Below, one piece after another: positions 19,534 to 28,326 of a stretch of DNA of 38,913 bases. Positions within the stretch are counted from its first letter, which is position 1. Each line of letters opens with the position of its first letter. The position numbers and the translations under genes are program-made. The DNA lies in the NCBI GenBank assembly GCA_031270585.1, contig JAISXK010000087.1, forward strand, positions 1-38,913, in the 5' to 3' direction. This DNA is from Clostridiales bacterium (GTDB lineage Bacteria > Bacillota > Clostridia > Christensenellales > CAG-138). Under the pieces are notes generated by a model that did not search any database, was not told where the DNA came from, and worked only from the letters and a program-made list of their open reading frames with translations.

Positions 19534-20172
19534 ATGCAAAAACTCGTTTATAACGGCAGCATATTGCTGCTGCTGGCGCTGGCCGTGTTTTTTGTTTGCG
19601 AGGCGGCGAGCCCCCGTATATTAAAAGAGCCGGCCGCAACGGCCGCCCGTCCGCCCGCAAACGCGGCATGGCAAGGCGCTGCGTGGCAACCTGCCGCGTG
19701 TCCCGACGAAAACCTTGATGTGCTGCGGCTGCATATCGTGGCCAACAGCGACAGCGCGGAAGACCAGCGCGTCAAACTGCTGGTACGCGATATGCTGCTT
19801 GCGCACTTCGCGCCGGCAAATAGCCTGCGGCAGGCTGAGGAACTGCTGTTAGACGCGGGAGATGATGTGCTTGCGGCAGTCGGCGATGTGCTTTTGCGCG
19901 AGGGCTGCGCCTATGGCGCGCAACTGCGCTTTGGCGTGATGGACTTCCCCGCGCGCGCATACGCGGGCGTTTTGTATCCTGCCGGCGCGTATGAGGCGTT
20001 GCGCGTAGAGCTTGGCGCGGCGGGCGGGCAAAACTGGTGGTGCGTATTGTTCCCGCCGCTTTGCCTGGTGGATATCGCTACGGCGGATCTGCCCGGCACC
20101 GACGAACTGGTGTTTGAAAGCGATATCGCCGCATACTTAAAGCGTCTCAAGGCGGGTCATAAAAAACAATAA
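19534..20172 (+). CDS. spoIIR: Stage II sporulation protein R
   Basis: LRLHIVANSDSAEDQRVKLLVRD, FPARAY...YPAGAYEALRV and GQNWWCVLFPPLC, with a signal peptide. AAGGAGG RBS before ATG 19534. Confidence 0.93.
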   Translation: MQKLVYNGSILLLLALAVFFVCEAASPRILKEPAATAARPPANAAWQGAAWQPAACPDENLDVLRLHIVANSDSAEDQRVKLLVRDMLLAHFAPANSLRQAEELLLDAGDDVLAAVGDVLLREGCAYGAQLRFGVMDFPARAYAGVLYPAGAYEALRVELGAAGGQNWWCVLFPPLCLVDIATADLPGTDELVFESDIAAYLKRLKAGHKKQ

Positions 20173-20233
20173 GTGCTGTAATACGCGATCATCCGAGGCG
20201 CGAGGCGCTTCTTTGATACAACAAGGGGACACT

Positions 20234-20266
20234 AAAAAGGCCGCCGGCTTTGTGCGCTGCGGCCTT
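20234..20266. terminator. Terminator hairpin between convergent spoIIR and DUF1292 genes
   Basis: AAGGCCGC...GCGGCCTT. The A5 run gives a U-tract on the minus strand. Confidence 0.6.
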
Positions 20267-20291
20267 ATCGGCTGGGCTGGGCTGCGCTGCG

Positions 20292-20663
20292 CTATTCTTC
20301 GTCCAAGCTGTTCAGGCGGCGCCCCACGATATCGGCAAGCGTATCCAGCAGATCGTCGTCGGCAGGCAAAAACTCCTCCGTATCGCCGTTGACCACCACT
20401 TTCATGATATACACGTCCTGCTCGTCGCAGTCGCAGTCTTCATCCTCGTCATCTTCGTCATCTTCGTAATCTTCATCTTCATCTTCATCTTCATCTTCGT
20501 CATCTTCGTAATCTTCATCCTCGTCATCTTCTTCCGGCAAATCCGAAAGATCCATCAGTACGGCATACTCCTGCCCTTCGTGTTCGAAATAATCGATCAC
20601 ATCCAGCTCAAATTCGTTGCCGTCGTCGTCAGAAAATACGACTACATCCCGTTCTTCTTCCAT
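20292..20663 (-). CDS. DUF1292-like acidic protein
   Basis: VVFSDDDGNEFELDVIDYFEHEGQEYAVL...VYIMKV pattern with an expanded Asp/Glu tract. Confidence 0.8.
   Translation of the reverse strand: MEEERDVVVFSDDDGNEFELDVIDYFEHEGQEYAVLMDLSDLPEEDDEDEDYEDDEDEDEDEDEDYEDDEDDEDEDCDCDEQDVYIMKVVVNGDTEEFLPADDDLLDTLADIVGRRLNSLDEE
20437..20533 (-). repeat. Coding (GAT/GAC-GAA)n low-complexity repeat
   Basis: TCATCT-type hexamer run encoding EEDDEDEDYEDDEDEDEDEDEDYEDDEDDEDED. The block TCTTCGTCATCTTCGTAATCTTCATC occurs twice, 42 nt apart. Confidence 0.85.
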
Positions 20664-20879
20664 TTTTATACAGACCTGCCTTCCGTCTATTTTATTGTGT
20701 CATCCGGGGCGTGCGGTTTTGCGCGCCTTTATGCCGCCACGCTGTTTCATTTTTCCTATTGTATCGCATTTTGGCGGTTTTATCAATTCATACTTCAATA
20801 GAAGGCGCTTTGCGAGAAAATGTGAGGAATTTTGACAAACGGGGAATGAAGCGGTAGACAGTATCAGGCAACAGGCAAG

Positions 20880-22205
20880 TCATTTCCCAACACAAAAACG
20901 CTCGAATATATGATCGATCACGCTTTCATCCACATCGTTGCCGGTGATAGCGCCAAGCGCCGACAGCGCATCGCGCAGATCCGTGCCGACGCAATCGGGA
21001 TCGGTTTGTCCATGCGCGCGCGCGTTTTCTATGGCGCCAAGCGCGTTTTCCAGCGCGCTGATATGCCTTTGGTTCGTGATAAGCGCGTCCTCTACGGGCG
21101 CCGCGTATTCTAAAATGGTTTTTAGCAGCGCGTCAAGCCCCTCGCCGGTTATTGCGCTGACGCATACTACCTTCTCCCCCGCAAGCGCGGGCATATCCGC
21201 AACAAGCCAGGCTGCGGGCATATCCGCCTTTGTACAAAGCACGACGCGCCGCATACCCGCGGTATCCCGCAATAGGGCGCGCCCGTTCTCATCAGGCTTT
21301 GCCGCGCCATCCAATAGCACAAAAACAAGATCCGCGTTTTGCGCGGCGGCCCAGGCGCGCGTTACCCCTTCGCGCTCGGCCTCGTCATCGGTTTGGCGTA
21401 TGCCCGCCGTATCGGTAAACATCACCGGCATGCCGCTTATGGGTATGAGTTCATCGAGCGTATCACGCGTTGTGCCGGGACTTGCCGTCACAATGGCACG
21501 CCGGCGCCCCAGCAGCGCGTTGAGCAGGCTTGATTTGCCTGCGTTTGGCGCGCCCAGCAGCACAACGCGAAACCCGTCCCTCAGTACCCGCGCCCGATAG
21601 CCCTGCTCGATCAGGGCGGATAGCATCCCCGCCGCGCAGGAAAGCCGGCAGCTCAGGTCGGCATATACCTCTTCACCCACCTCGTCGGGGTAATCGATGG
21701 CGGCGTTGATTGCGCCCAGCGTACCTATGACGTGCGCCTCCACGGCACGCACGGCCTCGCTCAGTTTGCCCTGCATCTGCCTGAGCGCCGCGCGGGCCGA
21801 AAGCCGCGCCTGCGCGCCAATCAAATCCATCACGGCCTCCGCCTGGGATAGATCCAGCTTGCCATTAAGGAACGCGCGTTTGGTAAACTCGCCCGGCGCC
21901 GCAGGCTTTGCGCCCAGCGCCAGCAGCGCGTTGTGCACAGCTTGCAGCACGGCAACGCCGCCATGGCAATGCAGTTCAAACATATCCTCCCCGGTGTAAC
22001 TCCCCGGCGCGGGAAAATAGACGACCATGGCGTCATCCAGTCTGTGACCGCCATAAGCAAGGGCCGCGCGCAAAAGCTGCCGCGGCCTGGCCTTACATTC
22101 TATTGCGGTTAACCCGGCCAATACGCCGACGCACCCCGGCCCGCTTACGCGCATAATAGCAATAGCGCCGCCGGCAGGGGTGGCAAGCGCGAATATGGTA
22201 TCCAT
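20880..22205 (-). CDS. mnmE: tRNA modification GTPase MnmE
   Basis: MDTIFALAT, SYTGED, CHGG, PGEFTKRAFLNGKLDL, GAPNAGKSSLLN, GTTRD, DTAGIR and terminal FCVGK. Confidence 0.96.
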   Translation of the reverse strand: MDTIFALATPAGGAIAIMRVSGPGCVGVLAGLTAIECKARPRQLLRAALAYGGHRLDDAMVVYFPAPGSYTGEDMFELHCHGGVAVLQAVHNALLALGAKPAAPGEFTKRAFLNGKLDLSQAEAVMDLIGAQARLSARAALRQMQGKLSEAVRAVEAHVIGTLGAINAAIDYPDEVGEEVYADLSCRLSCAAGMLSALIEQGYRARVLRDGFRVVLLGAPNAGKSSLLNALLGRRRAIVTASPGTTRDTLDELIPISGMPVMFTDTAGIRQTDDEAEREGVTRAWAAAQNADLVFVLLDGAAKPDENGRALLRDTAGMRRVVLCTKADMPAAWLVADMPALAGEKVVCVSAITGEGLDALLKTILEYAAPVEDALITNQRHISALENALGAIENARAHGQTDPDCVGTDLRDALSALGAITGNDVDESVIDHIFERFCVGK

Positions 22206-23137
22206 CAGCGTTTGGGCAGTATCACCACATGCCGGTTGGGTTCCTCTCCCTCGCTTCGGGTGGTGACATAAGGGTGATCTTGCAGAGAAGCATGCAGCAC
22301 CCTGCGCTCATAAGGGTTCATAGGCTCCAACGATACGGCGCGCCCGCTCGTTTTCACGCGGGAAGCCTGCTGGCGCGCAAGCCTGCGCAGTGTTTCTTCG
22401 CGCTTGCTGCGATACCCTTCCGTATCGATGGTTACCCGGCGATATTTTTCCTGTTTATGGGCATGGTTATAGCAAAGCGATGTGATATACTGCAGCGCGT
22501 CGAGCGTTTCCCCGCGCCTGCCTATCAGCAAGCCTTTTTTTGTGCTGTCGATGCGTAAGCGCAGGCCGTCCTCCGTATCAGCGGCCAACACCGTAGCGTC
22601 TATGCGCATGCGCGTAAGCAAGCCCGCCAAAAACTGCGCCGCTTCGTTATCGTTGGCCGCCTCCAGGCTGTAATCGTATTGTTCTTCCGGCGGCGGTGTG
22701 CATTGCTCACGCCGCTTACTATCGTGGCTGGGGCGGCGGTCATCCTCCCGCAGGCCCGTGCGCTGCCTGTCGCCGCGCTGCGGCCCGTCGCCATGTTGCG
22801 GCCCGTCTCCGCGCTGCAGCCTGTCGCTATGTTGCGGCCCGTCGCCGCGCTGCGGCCTGTCTCTATGTTGTGGCCCGTCGCCGCGCTGCGGCCTGTCGCC
22901 GCGCTGCGGCCTTTCCTGCCGTTTTTCGCTTTCCCGCCCGGCAATAATGGCCTCCACCTCTTCGGGCTCACGCTGCGTCAGGCGCACCATGGCCATTTTC
23001 GCGCCGATGCCAAACAGGCCCTTGCTTTCGTTTTGCAAGGTATGGATGATGACTTCATCGATGGACAGACCCATCTCCTGCAGACCGTGGAATACGGCCT
23101 CGTCTATGGAATGGCCGCTAAATTCTCCGCTTTTCAT
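22205..23137 (-). CDS. jag: RNA-binding protein Jag/EloR (KhpB)
   Basis: Jag_N (SIDEAV..GL, SKGLFGIG), KH (LIGRRGETLDALQY) and R3H (PMNPYERRVLH...SEGEEPNRHVVI). Start at ATG 23137. Confidence 0.93.
   Translation of the reverse strand: MKSGEFSGHSIDEAVFHGLQEMGLSIDEVIIHTLQNESKGLFGIGAKMAMVRLTQREPEEVEAIIAGRESEKRQERPQRGDRPQRGDGPQHRDRPQRGDGPQHSDRLQRGDGPQHGDGPQRGDRQRTGLREDDRRPSHDSKRREQCTPPPEEQYDYSLEAANDNEAAQFLAGLLTRMRIDATVLAADTEDGLRLRIDSTKKGLLIGRRGETLDALQYITSLCYNHAHKQEKYRRVTIDTEGYRSKREETLRRLARQQASRVKTSGRAVSLEPMNPYERRVLHASLQDHPYVTTRSEGEEPNRHVVILPKR
22769..22912 (-). repeat. 8 x 18-bp coding tandem repeat in the Jag linker
   Basis: Plus-strand unit GTCGCCGCGCTGCGGCC(C/T) and variants, encoding RPQRGD RPQRGD GPQHRD RPQRGD GPQHSD RLQRGD GPQHGD GPQRGD. 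Confidence 0.92.
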
Positions 23138-23227
23138 AACCGCCAGCCTTTCTTGGCCTACGCCATTATGCCCTCGTGCCACCGCCGCAGGCCACCGCCG
23201 CGGCACAGTACCGTATCGTTGGCGCGG

Positions 23228-24187
23228 TCAGGATACCGGCGCCATACGCTCTTCTTTTTCTTTGTCTTTTTTAAATTTTTTATTCAACGCCAGATTTGTC
23301 AACGTGGAAACTACGTTGCTGATGGTCCAATACACGGCAAACGCGGCGTTATTCGTCAGGCAGAACATAAAGGATACAATCGGCATCATCCACATCATCA
23401 TTTTACCGGTGCCGGCGCCGGGCGAACCGGTGTCGGCCTTGGGCTGGTTCTTTTGCGTCAGCCAGCTGGAAAAGAGCATCGTGACGCCCGACAATACGGG
23501 CAACACAAACCAGCCGTTGCTATATCCGGCGTATTGCTGTGTGATGGGCGCAACCAGCCTGTTGTATTCGACAATGGACGCGGCGGGTATATTCTTCACA
23601 TCTTCCACAAAGAGCCCAAGCCGTGTAAACACCTCCGCAGCTGCGGGGTTTTCCTGAAAATAAATGAGATTTTTTAAATTGGGTATGGCTAAAAAACTCT
23701 CCGCCGCCATAACGACGGGCTTCATGCCGTTATCGGGCTGCCAGATGTTTGTAACCCACAGGAAGCGGAATTCGCCGAAAAGTTCCGACGAGCCGGTTTC
23801 GGCAAGCTCCACCAAAAGGCGCACCATATGCTCGTAGCCCCATGTGCGGAAGGCGTTGAAGAAGAATATGAAAACCGGCATGGTAAGCAAAAGCGGCAGG
23901 CACCCGCCAAGCATGCTTACGCCGCGCTCTTTCATCAGCTTGGACTGCGCCTGTTGCAGCTTTTGCGGGTTGTTGGCGTATTTTTTTTGCAGCTTTTGCA
24001 AATCGGGCTGTATCTCCTGCATCTTCAAGCTGGATTTGCGCGATTTGATATCGCCAAATATCGTGATACCGCGCATTGCCACCGTAAAAATGATGATGGT
24101 CAATACAATGCTGCCGCTCGTTACGTTTTCCGTCAGCCAGCGCAGGCCCAGAAACACCCATCTTACAAGTACAAAACTATCCGTCAC
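23228..24187 (-). CDS. yidC: Membrane protein insertase YidC/Oxa1
   Basis: KMQEIQPDLQKLQKKY, GGCLPLLLTMP, FLWVTNIWQPD and YWTISN, in canonical synteny. Confidence 0.92.
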   Translation of the reverse strand: MTDSFVLVRWVFLGLRWLTENVTSGSIVLTIIIFTVAMRGITIFGDIKSRKSSLKMQEIQPDLQKLQKKYANNPQKLQQAQSKLMKERGVSMLGGCLPLLLTMPVFIFFFNAFRTWGYEHMVRLLVELAETGSSELFGEFRFLWVTNIWQPDNGMKPVVMAAESFLAIPNLKNLIYFQENPAAAEVFTRLGLFVEDVKNIPAASIVEYNRLVAPITQQYAGYSNGWFVLPVLSGVTMLFSSWLTQKNQPKADTGSPGAGTGKMMMWMMPIVSFMFCLTNNAAFAVYWTISNVVSTLTNLALNKKFKKDKEKEERMAPVS

Positions 24188-24261
24188 GTGAACTTATCCT
24201 CCCCGCCGAAACCGCGTTCAGCCTGTCGTTGTTTTTTATAGGGCCGCAACCCCGGCGCCGC

Positions 24262-24471
24262 CTATGGCACCGGGTCATATCCGCCCCTGGAAAACGGGTT
24301 GCAACGCAAAATACGCCATATCGCCAGTATGGCGCCATAAAGCGCGCCATGGCGCTCTATCGCTTCATAGGCATAGCTTGAGCACGTGGGTATGTACCTG
24401 CAATGGTATCCCAGCGCGGGCGATACCTCACGCATGTAAAAGCATATACAGGCCAGCATGAATTTTTTCAT
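24262..24471 (-). CDS. yidD: Membrane protein insertion efficiency factor YidD
   Basis: [19 protein letters not shown]...[20 protein letters not shown] overlaps the rnpA stop (ATGA). Confidence 0.93.
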   Translation of the reverse strand: MKKFMLACICFYMREVSPALGYHCRYIPTCSSYAYEAIERHGALYGAILAIWRILRCNPFSRGGYDPVP

Positions 24472-24869
24472 TTCGCGCGCGGCTCCCCGGGCCAGTTCAT
24501 CAGTAAATCCGCCTTTGCAATCATTTTTTGCACGTTGAAACAAATTCTTGTGTAAGATTCCTCCAGCACAGCCGGGCGTGCGATCAATATCAGATTGTGG
24601 TTGGGGCGTATACGCTCCAGCAACGGCGAAAACGCCGCGCGCAACCTTCGCTTCGCCCTGTTGCGCTTTACACTGTTGCCCACTTTTTTGGATGCCGCAA
24701 ACCCTATGCGCACGCCGTTATGCGGCGCCGCCGCCCCGTTTTTGGATGGGCGCTGTCTTCTGTGATTGCGCGCATATATCAATGTGCACGAACTACAGCC
24801 CACCGATTTGCCCACCCGATAGGTAAATTGAAAGTCTCTGTTCTTTTTTAGAGAATAACAGCGTTTCAA
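24468..24869 (-). CDS. rnpA: Ribonuclease P protein component
   Basis: LKKNRDFQ and [24 protein letters not shown] (RNR motif). TTG start. Confidence 0.93.
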   Translation of the reverse strand: MKRCYSLKKNRDFQFTYRVGKSVGCSSCTLIYARNHRRQRPSKNGAAAPHNGVRIGFAASKKVGNSVKRNRAKRRLRAAFSPLLERIRPNHNLILIARPAVLEESYTRICFNVQKMIAKADLLMNWPGEPRAK

Positions 24870-24913
24870 TTATAAATAAAAGCGCGGCGATAACGCCGCA
24901 CAAGCGCCCAAAC

Positions 24914-25048
24914 TTATGCGCTCAACCGTTTTCTGCCCTTGAGCCTGCGGCGGCGAAGCACGTTGCGCCCGTCGCTTGTTTTCATGCGTTTGCGAAACCC
25001 GTGCACTTTGCTGCGCGTGCGCTTTTTGGGCTGATACGTCATTTTCAT
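24914..25048 (-). CDS. rpmH: 50S ribosomal protein L34
   Basis: Not in the ORF track. Translation [44 protein letters not shown] (44 aa), AGAGGT RBS. Confidence 0.97.
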   Translation of the reverse strand: MKMTYQPKKRTRSKVHGFRKRMKTSDGRNVLRRRRLKGRKRLSA

Positions 25049-25064
25049 TGCTTTAGTACCTCTT

Positions 25065-25156
25065 TTTTAACTTCTCGTATTTTTAACTTCTCGTATTTTG
25101 TATGTTCCCGCGTTTTTTATGTTTCCGCAACGCCATTCCATGTTTTCGCAACGCCA
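25065..25156. repeat. Tandem duplications in the rpmH leader
   Basis: TTTTAACTTCTCGTAT x2 (25065-25096). ATGTTT(C/T)CGCAACGCCA x2 (25119-25135 and 25140-25156). Confidence 0.85.
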
Positions 25157-25289
25157 AAAGAATAAAACGCCTTCGCACGAAAAAAGCCTCTTTGCAAGCA
25201 ATACCAACGCTTAGCGGCCTGACGAAGAAAACTACGCCGGATGCGGAAAATACGCCATAACTACGGGCGAATCCCCCAACTGCCTGTTA

Positions 25290-25318
25290 AGTATAGTTGA
25301 AAAACCACCAAGCGTCAA
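25290..25318 (-). promoter_or_regulatory. sigma-A promoter of the rpmH operon
   Basis: TTGACG-17 nt-TATACT on the minus strand. Confidence 0.7.
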
Positions 25319-25464
25319 GGGTTCGCGCGAACTCTTCACAAAGCTTCACAAAGCCGCGCAAAACAGGCTTTCACAATCGCGTATGGCGCACGCCCCGGTT
25401 TCGCCCCGTTTGTTCTGAAACATTAAAAAAACGGGCGTTCCCGCGCTCTATACCTATCGCCTTA

Positions 25465-25493
25465 TAGACAGAAATGCGTAAAATACTTATAAT
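25465..25493 (+). promoter_or_regulatory. sigma-A promoter upstream of murC
   Basis: TAGACA-17 nt-TATAAT. Confidence 0.65.
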
Positions 25494-25632
25494 ATATTTA
25501 AGTAAACGCCAATTTCGTGACGGTCTTGTTTATAGCGCCGTGTTTTACGCGTGAATTGGCCATTACAAAAGTATCCATACGGTACGGCGGCAGGGAGAAC
25601 CATTATCCCGGAACCAACGGAAAGGCGCAGGT

Positions 25633-26997
25633 ATGCTTAAAAATATCAAACACATACATCTGATTGGAATAGGCGGGTGCAGTATGAACGGCCTCGCGCA
25701 AATACTGCACAGGCAGGGCTATAGCATCACGGGCTCCGACAGGGACAGTTCGCCCTTTACCAGGCGGCTGCAAAGCATGGGCATACCCGTCGCGCTGGGC
25801 CACGACGCAAAAAACGTGCAAGGCGCCGAGCTAGTCATCTACACCGCCGCCATTGGGCCCGACAATGCGGAGCGTGTGGCCGCCAGGGAAAACAATATAC
25901 CCGAGATGGAACGCAGCGTGGCGCTGGGCGCGATATCCGGCAACTACAACCGCGTTGTTTGCATAGCGGGCTGCCACGGCAAAACCACCATCACATCCAT
26001 GCTTGCGCGCATCGCCATGTTCGGCCAATCCGACGCCACGGTACACGTGGGGGGCGATGTGGATTTTCTTTCGGGCGGCACGCGGCTTGGCCAATCGGAT
26101 TTGTTTATCACCGAAGCATGCGAATATGTGGAGAGCTTTTTAACCCTCAGGCCCACCATCGCCGTGATCAGCAATATAGATGACGATCACTTGGATTATT
26201 TTCGCGATATCGACGAGATCACGGCGGCTTATGTAAAATTTTTAAAGTTGCTGCCGAAAGACGGCCTTTTTATAGGCTGCGCGGACGATCCGCGCGTAAA
26301 AGCGCTTTTGGATAACCCGCCTGACGGCGTGCGCACTCTTTCCTACGGTCTTGCCGGCGGCGCGTACACGATAGCGGATATACAGTTTGACGGCAACGGC
26401 TGCCCCGCTTTTGATGTGATACGTAATGGCGAAAAGCTGGGTCACATCGCCTTAACGGTGCCGGGCATGCACAACATAGCAAACGCGCTTTGCGCGTGCG
26501 TTGTGGCGCTGCAGCTCAACGAAAGCTTCGCCACCATACAGGAAGGATTAAAGGGGTACACGCTTACACACCGCCGGTTTGAGCTTTTTGGCCAACGCGA
26601 CGGCATCAGGATTTATCACGATTATGCGCACCACCCCAATGAAATACGCGCGGTGCTGGACGCCGCCACCCGCGTTACACGCAGGAAACTGTATTGCGTG
26701 TTTCAATGCAACTCCTACACGCGCGCAAAAACCCTGTTTTTAAAGGATCCCGGCTGCTTTGCCGACACCGACGCCGTTTTGGTGCCCGATATTTACCCCG
26801 GCCGCGAGACGGACGACGGCAGCGTGCACGCCAGGGATATAGCCGGCGCCATCAACGCGGTGCTTCCCGGCAGGGCGATGTACATACCCACGTTTGAAGA
26901 AATACGCGTCTACCTTGACGAAAACACCCAAAAAGACGATATGATACTCACGCTGGGCTCGGGAGACGTATACAAACAAACGCAGAAATTGTTGTAG
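25633..26997 (+). CDS. murC: UDP-N-acetylmuramate--L-alanine ligase
   Basis: HLIGIGGCSMNGLA, GSD, AGCHGKTTITSM, EACEY, NIDDDHLDY, PGMHN and DYAHHPNEI. Confidence 0.92.
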   Translation: MLKNIKHIHLIGIGGCSMNGLAQILHRQGYSITGSDRDSSPFTRRLQSMGIPVALGHDAKNVQGAELVIYTAAIGPDNAERVAARENNIPEMERSVALGAISGNYNRVVCIAGCHGKTTITSMLARIAMFGQSDATVHVGGDVDFLSGGTRLGQSDLFITEACEYVESFLTLRPTIAVISNIDDDHLDYFRDIDEITAAYVKFLKLLPKDGLFIGCADDPRVKALLDNPPDGVRTLSYGLAGGAYTIADIQFDGNGCPAFDVIRNGEKLGHIALTVPGMHNIANALCACVVALQLNESFATIQEGLKGYTLTHRRFELFGQRDGIRIYHDYAHHPNEIRAVLDAATRVTRRKLYCVFQCNSYTRAKTLFLKDPGCFADTDAVLVPDIYPGRETDDGSVHARDIAGAINAVLPGRAMYIPTFEEIRVYLDENTQKDDMILTLGSGDVYKQTQKLL

Positions 26998-27078
26998 GCT
27001 GTAACTTCCTTGATACGAAGTATTGGTTTCGGTTATTATTAATGAAGGGTAACCAAATAAAAAACGGCGGGAGTAAGA

Positions 27079-28326
27079 ATGGGTACGATTAACGGGGGGG
27101 CCGTGGTCAACATCTTCCTGAATACGTTGGGCCTTTTTGACGGGCGGCTCAGGACGCATGGCGAGCATGTGGGCTACATACTCTATAAAATGCTGGAGTT
27201 TGACGATACATACAGCTTTGACGAACGACGCATATTTTTGGTATTGGGCGCGCTGCACGACTTTGCCGCCTACAAAACCGACAAGATAGACGATTTGCTC
27301 AGCTACGACTTGAAAGACGTATGGCCGCACTCGGTATACGGCTACTTTTATATGCAGTATCTTTCGCCATTCGCGGATTATGCGCGTATTTTTTTACTGC
27401 ACCACCTGAATCACGCCAAGCTGGACGCTTTGAAACCGCCCCACCAGGATGTAATTGAAATGGTGCGCCTGGCCGACAGCATCGATCTGATGATCTATCA
27501 CGGCCAATACAGCGAGGTTAATATGGTCAGGCAGCTTGGCCCCCATATCGCGGGATCATATGTCAAGCTGTTTTTAACGGCCAACGCCCATTACCATATC
27601 ATAGAAAATATTATGGACGATACCTACCGGCAGGAGCTCGACATATTGACGGAAAGCATCGACTGGGAACAGGGTGTGGCGGATCAGCTTTTGAAAACAC
27701 TGGTATACACCATCGACTTCAAAAACGAAAGCACGGTGCTGCGCACGCTGAACGCAAACGCCATGTGCGAGTATCTTGCCGACAAAATGAAACTAACGCC
27801 CGACGAAAAGAGCGATCTACAATACGCGTCTTTGGTATACGACCTTGGCATGCTCGGCGTGCCCGATAGCGTGCTCAACGCGCCGCGCAGGCTTACGCCA
27901 TCCGAACGGGAACTGGTGGAAGGGCATGTGAACGCCGTGGAGAAAATATTAAAGCCGCATGTGAGCGACGGGATACTGCAAATCGCCATACGTCACCACG
28001 AGCGGCTTGACGGCTTGGGCTACCCGCGCGGCCTGAAGGAAAAGGATCTTTCCCTGCCGCAGCGCATACTTGCCGCCGCAGACGTGATGGCCGCGCTGCA
28101 AACGGATAAGGAATACAAACCCGCGCTTGGAAAGCAGGATGTGATACGCGCGCTGCTGCGCGAGGTAAAGGAGCATAAGCTTGGCATGGATATCGTGCGC
28201 GTGATCGAGCGCAATTATGATGAGCTGATGAACACCGTAAAACAGCAGGGCGCGGATTTATACGGCAATTATCTGACGGTAAAGCAATCCTTCCCCAGCG
28301 TATTACAACAATTTCAGCAGATATAA
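27079..28326 (+). CDS. Tandem HD / HD-GYP domain protein with a degenerate C-terminal site
   Basis: N domain: THGEHV, LHDF, PHS, LHH, LAD. C domain: LVYDLG (HD changed to YD), LNAPRRLT, RHHERLDGLGYP, AAADV. Confidence 0.85.
   Translation: MGTINGGAVVNIFLNTLGLFDGRLRTHGEHVGYILYKMLEFDDTYSFDERRIFLVLGALHDFAAYKTDKIDDLLSYDLKDVWPHSVYGYFYMQYLSPFADYARIFLLHHLNHAKLDALKPPHQDVIEMVRLADSIDLMIYHGQYSEVNMVRQLGPHIAGSYVKLFLTANAHYHIIENIMDDTYRQELDILTESIDWEQGVADQLLKTLVYTIDFKNESTVLRTLNANAMCEYLADKMKLTPDEKSDLQYASLVYDLGMLGVPDSVLNAPRRLTPSERELVEGHVNAVEKILKPHVSDGILQIAIRHHERLDGLGYPRGLKEKDLSLPQRILAAADVMAALQTDKEYKPALGKQDVIRALLREVKEHKLGMDIVRVIERNYDELMNTVKQQGADLYGNYLTVKQSFPSVLQQFQQI

Noticed and set aside
20250-20801. 183-aa plus-strand hydrophobic ORF (FVIFVIFIFIF)
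   Set aside because: It is the antisense shadow of the Asp/Glu repeat in the DUF1292-like gene.
22769-22912. CRISPR array, or integrin-binding RGD adhesin
   Set aside because: The units are contiguous with no spacers and in frame within cytoplasmic Jag. No cas genes are present, and the RGD is incidental.
25324-25377. Rex operator
   Set aside because: Only TTCACAA half-sites occur, in direct orientation. The TTGTGAA left half is missing.
25049-25632. Calling this spacer oriC
   Set aside because: There is no adjacent dnaA and no perfect DnaA box. The TTCACA elements have two or more mismatches. Kept only as a finding.
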